Shown piece by piece: positions 51,310 through 64,000 of a DNA stretch of 64,000 nt. A program made the translations under genes and the position numbers. Position 1 is the first letter of the stretch. Every line of letters starts with the position of its first letter. Origin of the DNA: Octopus vulgaris (Eukaryota); contig OX597817.1 of NCBI GenBank assembly GCA_951406725.2, positions 13,330,001 to 13,394,000 of the forward strand, in the 5' to 3' direction. The notes beneath the pieces were generated by a model. It made no database searches and had not been told where the DNA came from. It saw only the letters and a program-made list of their open reading frames with translations.

Positions 51310-52480
51310 TGGGCGATCGTTGTATTCTTTCATGTCTTGAGGTTCACAGCCAAACGGTTGGGTGGATTCAAGTGAAAAATGGCACACGTGGAGTCAGGTG
51401 CATACATTGGAATGCAGTTTGTATTTATTCCCTAGCCCCCATACTTACCAAGAAAATCGATTAAAACCTCGCCAGTTCACTGCTTCCTTTTTCTTCATTT
51501 GCAAAATCGAAATGTCTTCTTCTACGTCGTATACGATAGTGGCTGCAGTCATGTACGACTAGCTTCTTTGGAGCGATTTAAACCCGGTTTCATTAAAAGA
51601 CGTAATTTGACTGAATGGAAAAAGGAGTGTCGACAGGCACTCGTGCTTATCCACAAGACGGGCAAGGCCGGCAGTGGGAATACCACCTCGGTTTTGTATT
51701 GAGAGCTGGTAGAGCATAAAAACGACAATGCCCTAGGAGGGACTCTGGGGTTCGATGAGAGCAACTTACCAAACTGTTCCAGAAAACTTTCGGGCCAGGG
51801 TATTTGGGTAATTACCAAAACTCCCTGACCTGGCAGTGCTACAGAAACGTTTTACCTGTTCCCGATAATTTATCCAGGTACGGAATGTCAGTGCCAACGA
51901 CATGTCCAATATGTGGGCTGGACGATGAAACCATCCATTACGCTTTCGTATATTGTCGGGAGCTGTCAGGCTTGATGATTTATGTCGAACACATGTTGTC
52001 GCATCTGGGAAGAGTACAGCTATCGGCTGGATCTATAATAAAGATTGTACCGCCAGCTGGAAGAAAGGTGAGGTATGTTTTTTTCTGTACAGTTGCTGTG
52101 CTGAAAGAATGTGTATAGAAGACTAGAATGCAAGGACTCGTGACGGGATCCTTCATCCCTGGCCCTAGTTTGCTACAATACTTCAGATAGGGCTGGAAAA
52201 AAGAATCCTGCCGCGAAGTGTGTTTGAAGAAAGATGGAAGGCTGTGTTAAGAAAGGTGGGTGCATTAGGAGGGGAAAAAATGGAAAGAGGTAGCCGCTGG
52301 GTCTTTTAGGCAACCGGACATAATCCCCTCCTCAAAAGGGGGGAAAGACTATATAATATAAAATTTATCTTTTCATTAAAATTTTTAAATAAGGTTCATT
52401 CGAACTCGCATTAACTTCCTTTGTACGTGTTGTCCTGTGCTGTATCATCTATATGTGACATTATTGTCTTAATGAAAAAA
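51310..52480 (+). mobile_element. L1/Tx1-clade LINE 3' remnant (zf-RVT region)
   Basis: NYQNSLTWQCYRNVLPV.D.L.R.G.....CPICG..DETI.YAF..C; many stops; short A-tail. Confidence 0.7.
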
Positions 52481-52503
52481 TTCAGCTAGCAAGCCATGCT
52501 ACT

Positions 52504-52544
52504 CCAGACTGATGACGAGCAAAGACTCTGAAACTAGTCTCTGG
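52504..52544 (+). ncRNA. Minimal type I hammerhead ribozyme motif
   Basis: ccaga CTGATGA cgag caaaga ctct GAAA ctag TC tctgg; stem I extends to 52486/52560; GUC site. Confidence 0.75.
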
Positions 52545-52759
52545 TTGCTGGCTTTGCTGGGTGGAGGTGCTTATCTCCCCTTTGAAAACATAAGGGCACA
52601 GAAAATGTATCATGGCTAGCTGGAAACGGTGTTTCCTGGGGGCTAAATAGCAGTAGCATTCTTCCTCTTCATGGGACTGTCACATTAAGTTGACAACATG
52701 CCATCACTTTATCGTGCTGCTACTGTATCAATCTCTCTGATGGATTTAGAAATGTAATA

Positions 52760-53015
52760 TTATATATATACATATATGTACATGTATATATTTATGTGTG
52801 TATGTGTGTGTGTTTGTATTTGTTCCCCCACTATCGCTTGACAGTCGACGTTGGTGTGTTTACGTCCCCGTAACTTAGCGGTTGAGGCAAAAGCGACCGA
52901 CAGAATAAGAAATAGGCTTTCAAAGAAGAAGTCCTGAGGTCGATTTCTTCTACTAATAAGCGGTGCTTCAGCATGGTCGCAACCAAATGACTGAAACAAG
53001 TAAAAGAATAAAAGA
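52760..53015 (+). mobile_element. SINE family A, 3' half
   Basis: Microsatellite plus tail. Confidence 0.75.
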
Positions 53016-53299
53016 AAACTGGCAGTAACTTCACGAGTGGCCGACTTGTAGGGCTGCAAGCACTGTTGTTGCTGATACTAGTTATATATGCCTAGACTAA
53101 TCCTAAAGGTGGAGTTCAATGGAAGTTCCGTTTGCAGGGCTTATATCAAAGACATAAACGGAATGAACTTATGATCATGTAAGATTGAGTGCTTACATAT
53201 CAACATATGCTATGTACTAAAGCTAGAAGTTCGTGAAATTGATTATTAAGCATTCCCATTATCCCATTTTTTACATATTCATATTCATACATACACATA

Positions 53300-53725
53300 G
53301 GCGTAGGAGTGACTGTGTGGTAAGTAGCTCGCTTACAAACCAAATGGTTCCGGGTTCAGTCCCACTGCGTGGCACCTTGGGTAAGTGTCTTCTACTATAG
53401 CCGCGGGCCGACCAATGCCCTGTGAGTGGATTGGGTAGACGGAAACTGAAAGAAGCCCGTCGTATATATGTATATGTATATGTGTATGTGTGTGTGTGTG
53501 TATGTGTTTGTGTGTCTGTGTTTGTCCCCCCAACATCGCTTGACAACCGATGCTGGTGTGTTTACGTCCCCGTAACCTACCGGTTCGGTAAAAGAGACCG
53601 ATAGAATAAGTACTAGACTTACAAAGAATAATTCCTGGGGTCGATTTGTTCGACTAAAGGCGGTGCTCCAACATGGCCACTGTCAAATGACTAAAACAAG
53701 TAAAAGAATAAAAAGAGTAAAGAGT
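53300..53725 (+). mobile_element. SINE family A
   Basis: Full length. Confidence 0.9.
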
Positions 53726-53885
53726 ATTCATATGCACACGCACACACACACATTCTTTTATTCTTTTATTTGTTTCATTCATTTGACTGCAGCCATACTG
53801 AAGCGATGCCTTCGAGGATTTTTTTTAGTCGAAGAACGTAAACACACCAACATCCGTTGTCAAGCCACTGGTGTGTGTCTGTGTT

Positions 53886-54080
53886 GGGGTGGGGCTGCCC
53901 TTCAAAGACTCATATTGTCGTTCAATACTCGAAACGAGGAATGGATGGACAGCCGACGACTGATGAAGGGTCGTTCTTTATGGTACTTGTCCCCTTTCCC
54001 ATTTGTTTCTCTCGTTGTTTATGTACTCAACTCTTTTGTTTTCGTATTTCATATTGCTTACAGTTTGTGACATCCTGTAC
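53886..54080 (+). repeat. Structured pyrimidine-rich tail ending in (TA)n (family with 27066-27240)
   Basis: gcccttca...tgaagggt closing stem; GAAA...CTGATGA motif. Confidence 0.55.
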
Positions 54081-54116
54081 CCATATATGTATATATATAT
54101 ATATGTGTGTATATGT

Positions 54117-54240
<124 letters not shown>

Positions 54241-54363
54241 GTATATATTATATGTATATACGTATATTATATGTATATGTAATTGTTACGTATATATATG
54301 TATTATATATATATATATATATATATATTATATTTATATATATATACATATATATATATTACT

Positions 54364-54420
<57 letters not shown>

Positions 54421-54500
54421 TATATTTTATTATATAGAAGGACCCGGGACCTACATATATATGCATATATATATATTATTCATATTTTATATATGTGTGT

Positions 54501-54576
<76 letters not shown>

Positions 54577-54886
54577 GTGCACATTACATAGACACGTACA
54601 CATTCTTAGCCATAAACAACCCTCTCAAGAAATTTCTCAGGGGAAAACAATAAATTCAAGATTTGAGCTGCCTAAAAAATTAGTCAAGTATGAAGCAAAA
54701 CAAACAAAATCTTCAGAGGAAATAAATAATATACTTAAAATCAAATAAGAACGAATGGGTAAACATCAATGCACTCCTGCACCAATTTTAGTATAACCGT
54801 TCTTATCTCTTACGTTTTTCGGTCATTAGATCGCGGCCGCCTTGAATTTTGAGTTGAACTAATCGACCCCAGTAATTTATTTTATA

Positions 54887-55305
54887 AGGAGTGGCTGTGT
54901 GGTAAGTAGCTTGCTTACCAACCACATGGTTCCGAGTTCATTCCCACTGCGCGGCACATTGGGCAAATGTCTCCTACTATAGCTTCGGGCCGACCAAAGC
55001 CTTGTGGGTGGATTTGGTAGACGGAAACTGAAAGAAGCCCGTCGTATATATGTATATATGCATGTATGTATGTGTATATGTTTGTTTGTCTGTGTTTGTG
55101 TCCACCCACCACCACCACCAACATCGCTTGACAACCGATAGTGGTGTGTTTACGTCACCGTAACTTAGAGGTTCGGCAAAAGAGCTCGATAGAATAAGTA
55201 CCGGACATACAAAGAATAAGTCCTGGGGTCGATTTGCTCGACTAAAGGCGGTACTCCAGCATGGCCGCAGTCAAATGACTGAAACAAGTAAAAGAGTAAA
55301 AGAGT
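54887..55305 (+). mobile_element. SINE family A nested in an older antisense SINE A (~54800-54886 and 55306-55580)
   Basis: Flanks rejoin as the consensus gaccccag...ttat..|gcct.gtacttattctatcgg. Confidence 0.85.
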
Positions 55306-55842
55306 AGCCTTGTACTTATTCTATCGGGCGCTTTATGCCGAACCGCTAAGTTACGGGGACGTAAACACACCAGCACCGGTTGTCAAGTGGACACAAAGAC
55401 TCTCTTTCTCTCTCTCTGTCACACACACACGTCGCGAGCGTGTACACACACGCACACATACGCACACACACACAGATACACAACGGGTTTCTTTCAGTTT
55501 CCGTCAACCAAACCCACTCACAAGGCTTTGGTCGGTCCGAAGCTATAATAGAAGACATTTGCCCAAGGTGCCATGTGGTTCTGAGTCTATAAACCTAATT
55601 TTAGTGCTGCAGTGTGTTGACACTTATCCGTTCTTTCTAATTTGACCTTCAATGTGTTTCTTCTATTTTCTTTGAAGTCTTTCTTTCACTCCACGCACGA
55701 CTGATTATTATTATTGAATTTCAATTCTAAAATATTTCTATGGAATTCTGTTTATGACAAGAATACTATGCGCGCGTGTACATGTGTGTGAATGTCTATC
55801 TTCCTACCACACACAGCTAGATGCCTATGCCCTGCCGCATAA

Positions 55843-56227
55843 ATTCTTCTTCTTTTTCTTCTTCTTCTTCTTCTTCTTCTTCTTCTTCTTCTTCTTCTTC
55901 TTCTTCTTCTTCTTCTTCTGCTTCTTCTTTTTCTTTTCTTCTTCTTCTTCTTCTTCTTCTTCTTCTTCTTCTTCTTCTTCTTCTTCTTCTTCTTCTTCTT
56001 CTTCTTCTTCTTCTTCTTCTTCTTTTTCTTTTTTTTTCTTTTTCTTCTTCTTCTTCTTCTTCTTCTTCTTCTTCTTCTTCTTCTTCTTCTTCTTCTTCTG
56101 CTTCTTCTTCTTCTTCTTCATCTTCTTCTTCTTCTTCATCTTCTTTCATCTTCTTCATCTTCTTCTTTTTCTATTACTGCTGTTGCCGTTGCTGCTGCTG
56201 CTGCTGCTCCTCCTCCTCCTCCTCCTC

Positions 56228-56289
<62 letters not shown>

Positions 56290-56300
56290 TCTTCTTCTCA
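55843..56300 (+). repeat. Compound (TTC)/(CTG)/(CTC)/(CTA)n microsatellite
   Basis: Direct reading. Confidence 0.95.
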
Positions 56301-56704
56301 AACATCTTAGTTACGAATTAAGAGCAACCTATTTTATTGTGTCTAGGGAGACTCTTTACACTAATAATAATAACACGCGTAGGTTCAATTCTGTTTCTTT
56401 ATTGTTACTAACAACAAAGAAGTGGAATTGAACCTGTGCGTGTGTTATCATTAATGACGTAATGACTCCCTCAAGACACAAAAGAATTTGTTTCAACACA
56501 CGAACTTACATCAAGAATCTTGCAAACCAAATACAAAAACTAGGAACAACATAATGTTACATAAAGTTACGTTCTGCCTACATGACATTCATTTTGCTTC
56601 ACCCACAGAAAGAACTTATGCATGTAACTATTAGCAACAATGGAGCTCACATCTGATGAGGTTGATCCTCATCAAAACTTCGAAGTCAACGTTTTCCATT
56701 AGAG

Positions 56705-56923
56705 CAGTGCTTTTCAACATTTTTGCTGGAGCGGAACCCCAAGGAAACATTCCACTGGCTCGAGGAACCCCTGTGCAATAATTTAATAGTCTTATGCACA
56801 CATATCTGCACAGGAGAATTAAAAATTACTGCCGATTTTAGCAGTTTTGTAACTTCTTGCGGAACCCCTGGACTGTACTGGCGGAACCCTAAGGTTCCGC
56901 GGAACTCTGGTTGAAAACCACTG
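56705..56923. mobile_element. hAT (Charlie-like) MITE
   Basis: TIR CAGTG.TTTTCAAC / GTTGAAAACCACTG; 8-bp TSD cattagag/cattggag. Confidence 0.88.
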
Positions 56924-57049
56924 CATTGGAGAATAAATCTCATGTTTTTGACCTTACTATAACTAGAATCAACTAGACTTCCTCAAGCATATCTGCTCTG
57001 CTGTTAACAGTGCCTCAAATAAATCTAATTTTTCATCCAATTATGCAAC

Positions 57050-58500
57050 TCTGGAAGCATATAAATGATGGTTAATTCCAACCTTCTCTTTTGAGGATTG
57101 GCCTACAAATACTCTGAAACCAGGAATTTAATCCTCAGCCTCAGTCAAAGCAGTAGTATAGATAATTTTCAACTCGTGCTGAACTGAGAGACAATAAAAG
57201 TGTTTTCAACCAAAACTCTTCTCACAGGCCATGACACGGTGCTCATTTTTCAACATCCTAAAATTAATCAGATTTAATCCATTGACCCCGAGCTAATCAT
57301 TTGACATGGATCTGCACAAAGCTGGGATACAATTATACATGGACTATCGCTTCAATGGTCTTTCATATTCGCTTCCTCTGACATCACAGCGTCGTGGTAG
57401 TTATTTGAGTCTACAGTTTGTACCGTATGCTCAAACCACACCTATCACAACTCGTAAACAAGAATAAATGTAGACTCCGGAGAGAAAACCCTTAATTAGG
57501 AAAACAAAGAGCTGGTACCCCCAATCCAATAAAAAACAACAAACAAATAAAAACTAGTAGCTAAAATACTACCAATAACAGCAGCCTCTTTCGACAGAAA
57601 TAACAACACTTGAAGCAGAGGAAAATATCATTTCCAAATTAGTATGGCCATCATTAAATATATTTCTTTATTGCCCACAAGGGGCTAAACATAGAGGGGG
57701 CAAACAAGAACAGACAAAGGGATTAAGTCGATTACATCGACCCCAGTGCGAAACTGGTACTTATTTAATCGACACCGAGAGGATGAAAGGCAAAGTTGAC
57801 CTCGGCGGAATTTGAACTCAGAACGTAGCGGCAGACGAAATACCTATTTCTTTATTACCCACAAGGGGCTAAACATAGAGGGGACAAACAAGGACAGACA
57901 TAGGTATTAAGTCGATTATATCGACCCCAGTTCGTAACTGGTACTTAATTTATCGACCCCGAAAGGATGAAAGGCAAAGTCGACCTCGGCGGAATTTGAA
58001 CTCAGAACGTAGCGGCAGACGAAATACCGCTAAGCATTTCGCCCGGCACGCTAACGTTTCTGCCAGCTCGCCGCCTTATGGCCATCATTAAATACTCAAA
58101 GAGTCTTTGAGGAAGATCGAGCTTTTAAAAAAAATTATACATAACCATAAAGTGCTGTGTTCTATTCAATTTCAAAAACAAGGATAGAGCCGTCATTTCA
58201 TCCACCGATTCACTGATTGATGAAACAGCATTCTCCACAACAATGCAATACCACCCTCTTTTCGATGATTTCGATGTGGTTGACTTAGTCTGTATTAATG
58301 AAGTGAATCCCTTATATACCCACATACATGACATAACTTTCAGCACTCCGAACTTCATCGGAGAAAGTAATAAAATTAAGTACAACTCAGCAGTAGGCTT
58401 CGATAGGTTCCCTGCTACTGTCCTAAAAGTATTGACATCTATTTGCATCTGTTCTAGTAAACCACTGGAGGAAATACGACTTCTCGTAGGCAGAGTCGTT
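57050..58500 (+). pseudogene. Highly decayed LINE ORF2 (region upstream of RT), host to later insertions
   Basis: IHDITFS...IKYNSAVGFDRFPATVLK...SKPL resembles the K.nsa.G.D.fp..lLK pre-RT motif; upstream remnants weak. Confidence 0.45.
57661..58076 (-). mobile_element. SINE family B dimer (tail 1 twice)
   Basis: Perfect 18-bp TSD tatggccatcattaaata (57643-57660, 58077-58094). Confidence 0.92.
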
Positions 58501-58512
58501 AGAGTAATAGAC

Positions 58513-58691
58513 CAGTGGTTTTCAACCAGGGTTCCGCGAGAAGTTACAAAACTGCTAAAATCGGCAGTAATTTTTAATTCTCCTGTGCAGATATGTGTGC
58601 AAAAGACTATTAAATTATTGCACAGGGGTTCCTCGAGCCAGTGGAATGTTTCCTTGGGGTTCCGCTCCAGCAAAAAGTTTGAAAAACACTA
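58513..58691. mobile_element. hAT MITE (same family as 56705, opposite orientation, internal deletion); partial third copy at ~58751-58850
   Basis: Perfect 8-bp TSD taatagac. Confidence 0.88.
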
Positions 58692-59085
58692 TAATAGACA
58701 GAGTGCCTCGCTGTATTTGTTCCTACTCTCTGTATTCTAAATTTGGTGTATATGTGTGCAAAAGACTATTAAATTATTGCACAGGGGTTCCTCTAGCCAG
58801 TGGAATGTTTCCTTGGGGTTCCGCTCCAGCAAAAAGTTTGAAAAGTTCACTCTGTTGTGCTAACGTTTTTGTTATTCGTTACTCGTAGACTTTTTCGTTT
58901 TTCTTGCACAATTATCGATGAATTTTCATTCTTAAGCTTAAACTACAAATAAACGTTAAGCTTAGCAATAGACAAATGTTGATAATTACTCAATGCACGC
59001 TCCAATATATGAATTAATAAATTATGCTTAAGAAAACTTCAGTTTTGTTGTAAACGAATTCTTGTTTTAAAATAGTATTTGAAAG

Positions 59086-59800
59086 TGATCTTTTCCTTTT
59101 GAACGGCAGACAATTTCTAGTTAACTAAACACTTTAAAACTTCGTATACTGGTAGAATGTGTCAAAATAAAACATTTTTTTCTCTTGGCTTTCTTGAGAA
59201 AATTGTAATTTGTTTGTTTAACGTAGTTTAATTTTTCGAATTTTAACCAATCCTATGCTCTCTTATGAGCTAAAATCATTTGCTGCGTCTAAAACTGAGA
59301 CAACATCCTGTAACTAACCCTAAACCTCCCCCTAACCCTAAATTTTTTTTTCTTAATTGTTAAATTAATTTAATTGTTACGCGTGTAAAAAAACTAAAGC
59401 AATGGAAAATAATTTAAACAATTAACAAACAAAATAATTCTATAATTCTATACACACGCTTTCCGTATACGTACGGAAAGCGTGTGTATAAAATTATAGT
59501 TTTTTTTTCACGCGTAACAATTAAGAAAAAAGAATTAGGGTTAGGGTTAGGATTAGTTACAGGATGTTGTCTCAGTTTTAGACGCAGCAAATGATTTTAG
59601 TTCAATGGAGGTAATCGATTGGTTAAATTTGCCGAAATGCTCGGATTTTCAGACGAAATATCTTACAAACTATAGAATTTTCTCAATAAAACCAAGAGAA
59701 AATGATGTCTTATAAACACATTCTACCAGTATACGAAGTTTAAAACTTTTTAGTTACCTAGAAATTATGTTACAAACTGCCGTTCAAAAGGAAAAGATCC
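59086..59800. mobile_element. Palindromic MITE, Merlin-like
   Basis: TIR GATCTTTTCCTTTTGAACGGCAG; 8-bp TSD tttgaaag; whole element folds back; internal TAACCC/GGGTTA repeats. Confidence 0.85.
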
Positions 59801-60094
59801 TTTGAAAGATATCGTTGCTTGTTTAAGGCCAGACTACGATAACTGAGTTAATGTACCCTGTCTTCTCAACTATCAGGTACTCGGTTAATCTCACTGTAAG
59901 CAGGTGCAAAAGTCATCGATAAATGTAAAATAAAAATTGTGTAGGTGTCGAATATTTTAGTGAACGTGCTTTGTTGTTTGTTAAGTTCAAATTCTTCTAT
60001 GAAGTGCCTCTACGATTCAGTAATATATGACAATCGGTTTATTCTATTCAACAACTAGATAAATATTAAAAAAGGAGGGAGTGACAGAGAGAGA

Positions 60095-60139
<45 letters not shown>

Positions 60140-61798
60140 GTATTTGTTAGTATATTAAAATTGTAAAGGAAATGAAAAGACGAAAAAAAATCCATTAAAA
60201 AGTCTTCATTTATGCCACTTTGCTGCAAAATCTGCAATTTAATTTCTATGTATTTATTTATTTAGCTGTGATGTAAACATGAATAACAGCAGGACTTGTG
60301 CTGGAATTCTGCTCCGAAGTCTTCTTAATTTATTCTTTACAAATTACAACTATCCAAGATTTGTTTAGTACTTGTCTCTTCTTGCCAAACCCACAGGCAT
60401 AATCTCAAAATAATATGCCATGTGCGTAGGATAAAAATAAAAAAGAAACAGAGGGAAAAAATTAAAAAAAGTAACTGTTTCCATTTTATTGGCCGAAATA
60501 TAAAAATATATATACGTGTAATTTCTTTGCCAAATTCATTAAAATGCCATAAGTTGCTTTGATGTCATTTTAGATCTAAGTAATATGCTGAGTAAAATTA
60601 ATACCATTATTCTTATATATTTTTACTATTTTTTATTCCTTCTCATTTTATTTACCACTGTTTACTAGGAAGTGTCACACATATTTTAGAAACAATAAGT
60701 TGTTGACAGATAGTTCTTCCTTTGGAATGGGTACAAGTCTACCGAGGTTTTATTTACTTTTTTATACTTATCCTGGGTGGATTTGAGCTCGGTATTTCAA
60801 GCTGATGAAGAATTTATCAATTAGAATGTACTTCTATTGTTTATATCACTAAACTTCGTCTACTCGTGGTATCTATTTACAGCTGAATTAGACTTGCTAA
60901 CGTATGTTTAGAATCTTCTTTAACGGGAGATAAGATCATAACAGAGACTTGATATGAACTGCTGACCCTTTGATTGGATCCTATTTGCTTGTCTGGCCGG
61001 AACTCTCATTATATCATTAAAAATTATTTCAGTCATATAAAAATAAATTTGGTTAAACATAGACTAGTGGGATGAGTTAAGCGTTTTTAAAAATGGTAAT
61101 TATTAATATACGATTGTTTTATGAAATTTATGCACAATTATTTAATTTCTATTTACAGAAATTAGTTGAATTGAGGAAATACAGCAAATATTATTTTTAA
61201 TTATAAAATACAAAATTCTTATGACCTTGACAAGGGGGAGAATAAACAAAAGAAAAAAACAGAACATACACATCCAATAAATGATAGAAAATGACTAAAT
61301 AAATTTGTCTAAGCCGAATTCTTCTCAGAACAACATATTTTTCTCCATTTACCTCCCACTTCCTCTCTCCTCTCCTCCACCTCTTCTTTCTCTCTTTCTC
61401 TCTCTCTCTCTCTCTCATTCACACACATACACACACGTATTGGCACACATTCAGTTACATTTTACCTTCTCCCTTTTCTTCCTCAAACAAAAACAAAACA
61501 TGAATGCGTTAGGCTTTGGAAAACGGCGTAAACGTCATAAACCGGAAGTTAATTGTGTAACTCTTAACGAAACATATGTCGATTCTATATAAGGAAATAT
61601 GTTTCCCCCAAATATTTAAAACTATTTTTTTGTTCGCCCCCGAATCTTACTATACATAAATTATGCCCCCCGTCAACTTCTAGCTTCATATTGCTTGTCA
61701 GTTTTAACAGACGATTGACTCAACTTGCGATCCTCGCTAAGAAGACAGAAAAAAACCTCTAAACAACTTGGATGAATCTTTGTTCATATTCTCAGAAA

Positions 61799-61846
61799 AT
61801 GAAACCATACACATCAATTGTCCATACTATTTTTCTACTACTTGCT
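61799..61846 (+). CDS. Candidate first coding exon of a host secreted or membrane protein (MKPYTSIVHTIFLLLA)
   Basis: aaaATGa context, hydrophobic stretch, phase-0 GTAAGT donor at 61847; upstream CCGGAAGT at 61542; non-repetitive context. Confidence 0.3.
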
Positions 61847-62799
61847 GTAAGTGAAATTCATTCTTTATATTTCTTTCTTTTCTTTCGTTTCTTTTTCTTT
61901 TCCCTTCCTGTTCTTATCCATTCATTTGGAAGTTTTATTTTCTTCACTTAAATATTTTGACTAAAACAAAACAAAAGTTGCAAACATATGCCTTTCATTT
62001 CATTGTATTTTTTTTCTTCTTTTATTTTCGGATTGTGTACAATACAAAGTATCAAAATATTTCATCGTATTTTTACCACCTCGTCACTCATATTCGTGCT
62101 GCATTGAAATGTTATTCAGTCACTGAGTCATTGAACTCTGGCGAAAGAACTTTGACACTGACACTTAATACTAAATGCTGTTGGTGGAAACAATAATAAT
62201 AATAAAGCATGATGGCACGAGAATATTTTAACTGGCGATAATTTCTAAGATGCAACTGATTTAATTTCAACACACAATCTCAGATTAAATCTTTTGCTGA
62301 ACAGGCAAAAGACAATTTGTTAAATTTTACTTAGCAAATATCTCACATTTAACATTACCTGAAGAATGTAAACACATTTTCGTATGATTGCTTACCATCT
62401 ACAAAATGAATGAATTCGAACACTTTCTCCTCCTATAATTCATCGTTAATTTAACTTTTAATCTATTAGATACTTACACTTATATACAGGTATAATTATA
62501 AATAGAAGTAACTGAATATTATTTTCTTTCCTTTCTTCTCTTTACTGTATATGTTTTCAGTTCTACTGTATTTGGGTGGTCACATGCCTTACATTTTTCT
62601 CCAGTTTTAGAGCTTAATTTTCTTGTTTTCAAATATAGGTACTCCAATAACAGAACTCAGAAATAAAGAGAGAGACCCAATTTAATTGGGTTTCTTTGAT
62701 TATACAGAAATACTCATTAAATTGCTTAGCTAACGATGGTCTGCAACGATACATATTAGATTGGAAAGTCTTTAAAAGCATCGTGTTATGTATTCGTTC

Positions 62800-63055
62800 T
62801 TTCATTCTGTTACTTGTTTTAATCATTGGACTGCAGCCATGCTGGGGCATCACCATAGAGGAGTCAGTCGATCAAGTCAAGTCGATCCCAATACTTACTT
62901 TTTAAAGGTCTTGCACTTACTTTATCGGTGTCTTTTTACCGAACCGCTTAATTGCAGAGACGTAAACAAAATAACACCAGTTATCATGTGATGGCCTACA
63001 GAAACACGCATACACGCACACTCACACACATACGCACGCGCGCACACACACATAC

Positions 63056-63100
<45 letters not shown>

Positions 63101-63385
63101 TATATATATACATACATACATACATACATACATGTATGTATGTATGTATGTATGTATGTATGTATGTATGTATGTATGTATGTATGTATGTATGTATGTA
63201 TGTATGTATGTATGTATGTGACGAGATGCCACACAGTTTCTGTCTACCAAGTTAATTTCACTCATAAGGTATTGGTCAGTTCGGGATTATAGTAGAAGAC
63301 ATATGCCCAAGATGCCGTGCAGCGTGACTGAACCCGAAATTACATGGTCGGATAGCAAACTTCTTAACCACACAGCCATGTCAGT
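62800..63385 (-). mobile_element. SINE family A, old copy with expanded microsatellite
   Basis: Diverged head and tail. Confidence 0.75.
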
Positions 63386-63835
63386 GCAGATATAAATCAT
63401 AATAGAAACGTAAGCGATGTTTTTTGTGACGTGGCCCGAAATGCGCCTGGCGTTCTCGCTGGTCAATGCTGGGACGAATTTTCGTCTTCCTCTGATATTT
63501 ATTGTATTTTTAACACAGCACGTCCATGGCAGATGCTATCTCAAGACAAATGCTGCAGTAACTGGCCCATCAACAATGTGTATACATTATGATACAAGAA
63601 TGGCTACCGAAATAAAGAATATTGTTTTTGCTTCAGACAAGACTACACATTAAAGAAGGAATAAGAATATTTCTTCTCAACTCGAAAAGCTAATCTCCGT
63701 TTAATCTCACATCACATTAAGACACACCGCTTTTGTTTTTATTCGGATTAAATATTTCATGATATACGCGGCTGCAGTTTCTTGTTGCTTTTTGGCCAGT
63801 CAAATAATTTAGGTGTTCTTTAAACTAATTAAATA

Positions 63836-64000
63836 GGCGCAGGAGTGGCTGTGTGGTAAGTAGCTTGCTAACCAACCACATGGTTCCGGGTTCAGTCCCA
63901 CTGCGTGGCATCTTGGGCAAGTGTCTTCTGCTATAGCCCCGGGCCGACCAATGCCTTGTGAGTGGATTTGGTAGACGGAAACTGAAAGAAGCCTGTCGTA
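63836..64000 (+). mobile_element. SINE family A, cut by the window edge
   Basis: Head near-identical to the 1511 copy. Confidence 0.9.

Noticed and set aside
56650-56690. CTGATGA hammerhead candidate
   Set aside because: Part of a simple hairpin tgatgagg/cctcatca; no stem II-GAAA-NUH arrangement
59315-59555. Telomere or chromosome fusion site
   Set aside because: Only a few units, symmetrically placed inside a TSD-flanked MITE

Overview
AT-rich, microsatellite-dense eukaryotic DNA. The SINE families and repeat landscape suggest a coleoid cephalopod, most likely Octopus; this is inferred from recalled repeat families, not from a search. No complete host gene is visible, and nearly all ORFs in the track are microsatellite or SINE artefacts. 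The window holds about 35 copies of four tRNA-derived SINE families (labelled A-D here). It also holds 3' fragments of RTE, CR1-group and L1/Tx1 LINEs, and two Penelope-like elements (PLEs): a decayed Neptune-like copy and an open Hydra-clade-like ORF with an Asn-rich insert. DNA transposons include a pogo/Tigger, an IR/DR Tc1 (DD34E), a maT remnant, two non-autonomous Helitrons and several MITEs or fold-backs. The most interesting layer is RNA structure. About eight minimal hammerhead-ribozyme (HHR) motifs occur, one of them at the centre of a 450-bp fold-back whose arm recurs behind another HHR and inside a Helitron. A covarying double stem-loop is shared by SINE-A and CR1-group LINE 3' ends, and SINE-B occurs as multimers inserted as single units. 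One possible signal-peptide exon lies near 61.8 kb. Coordinates were read by eye, and novelty is untested.
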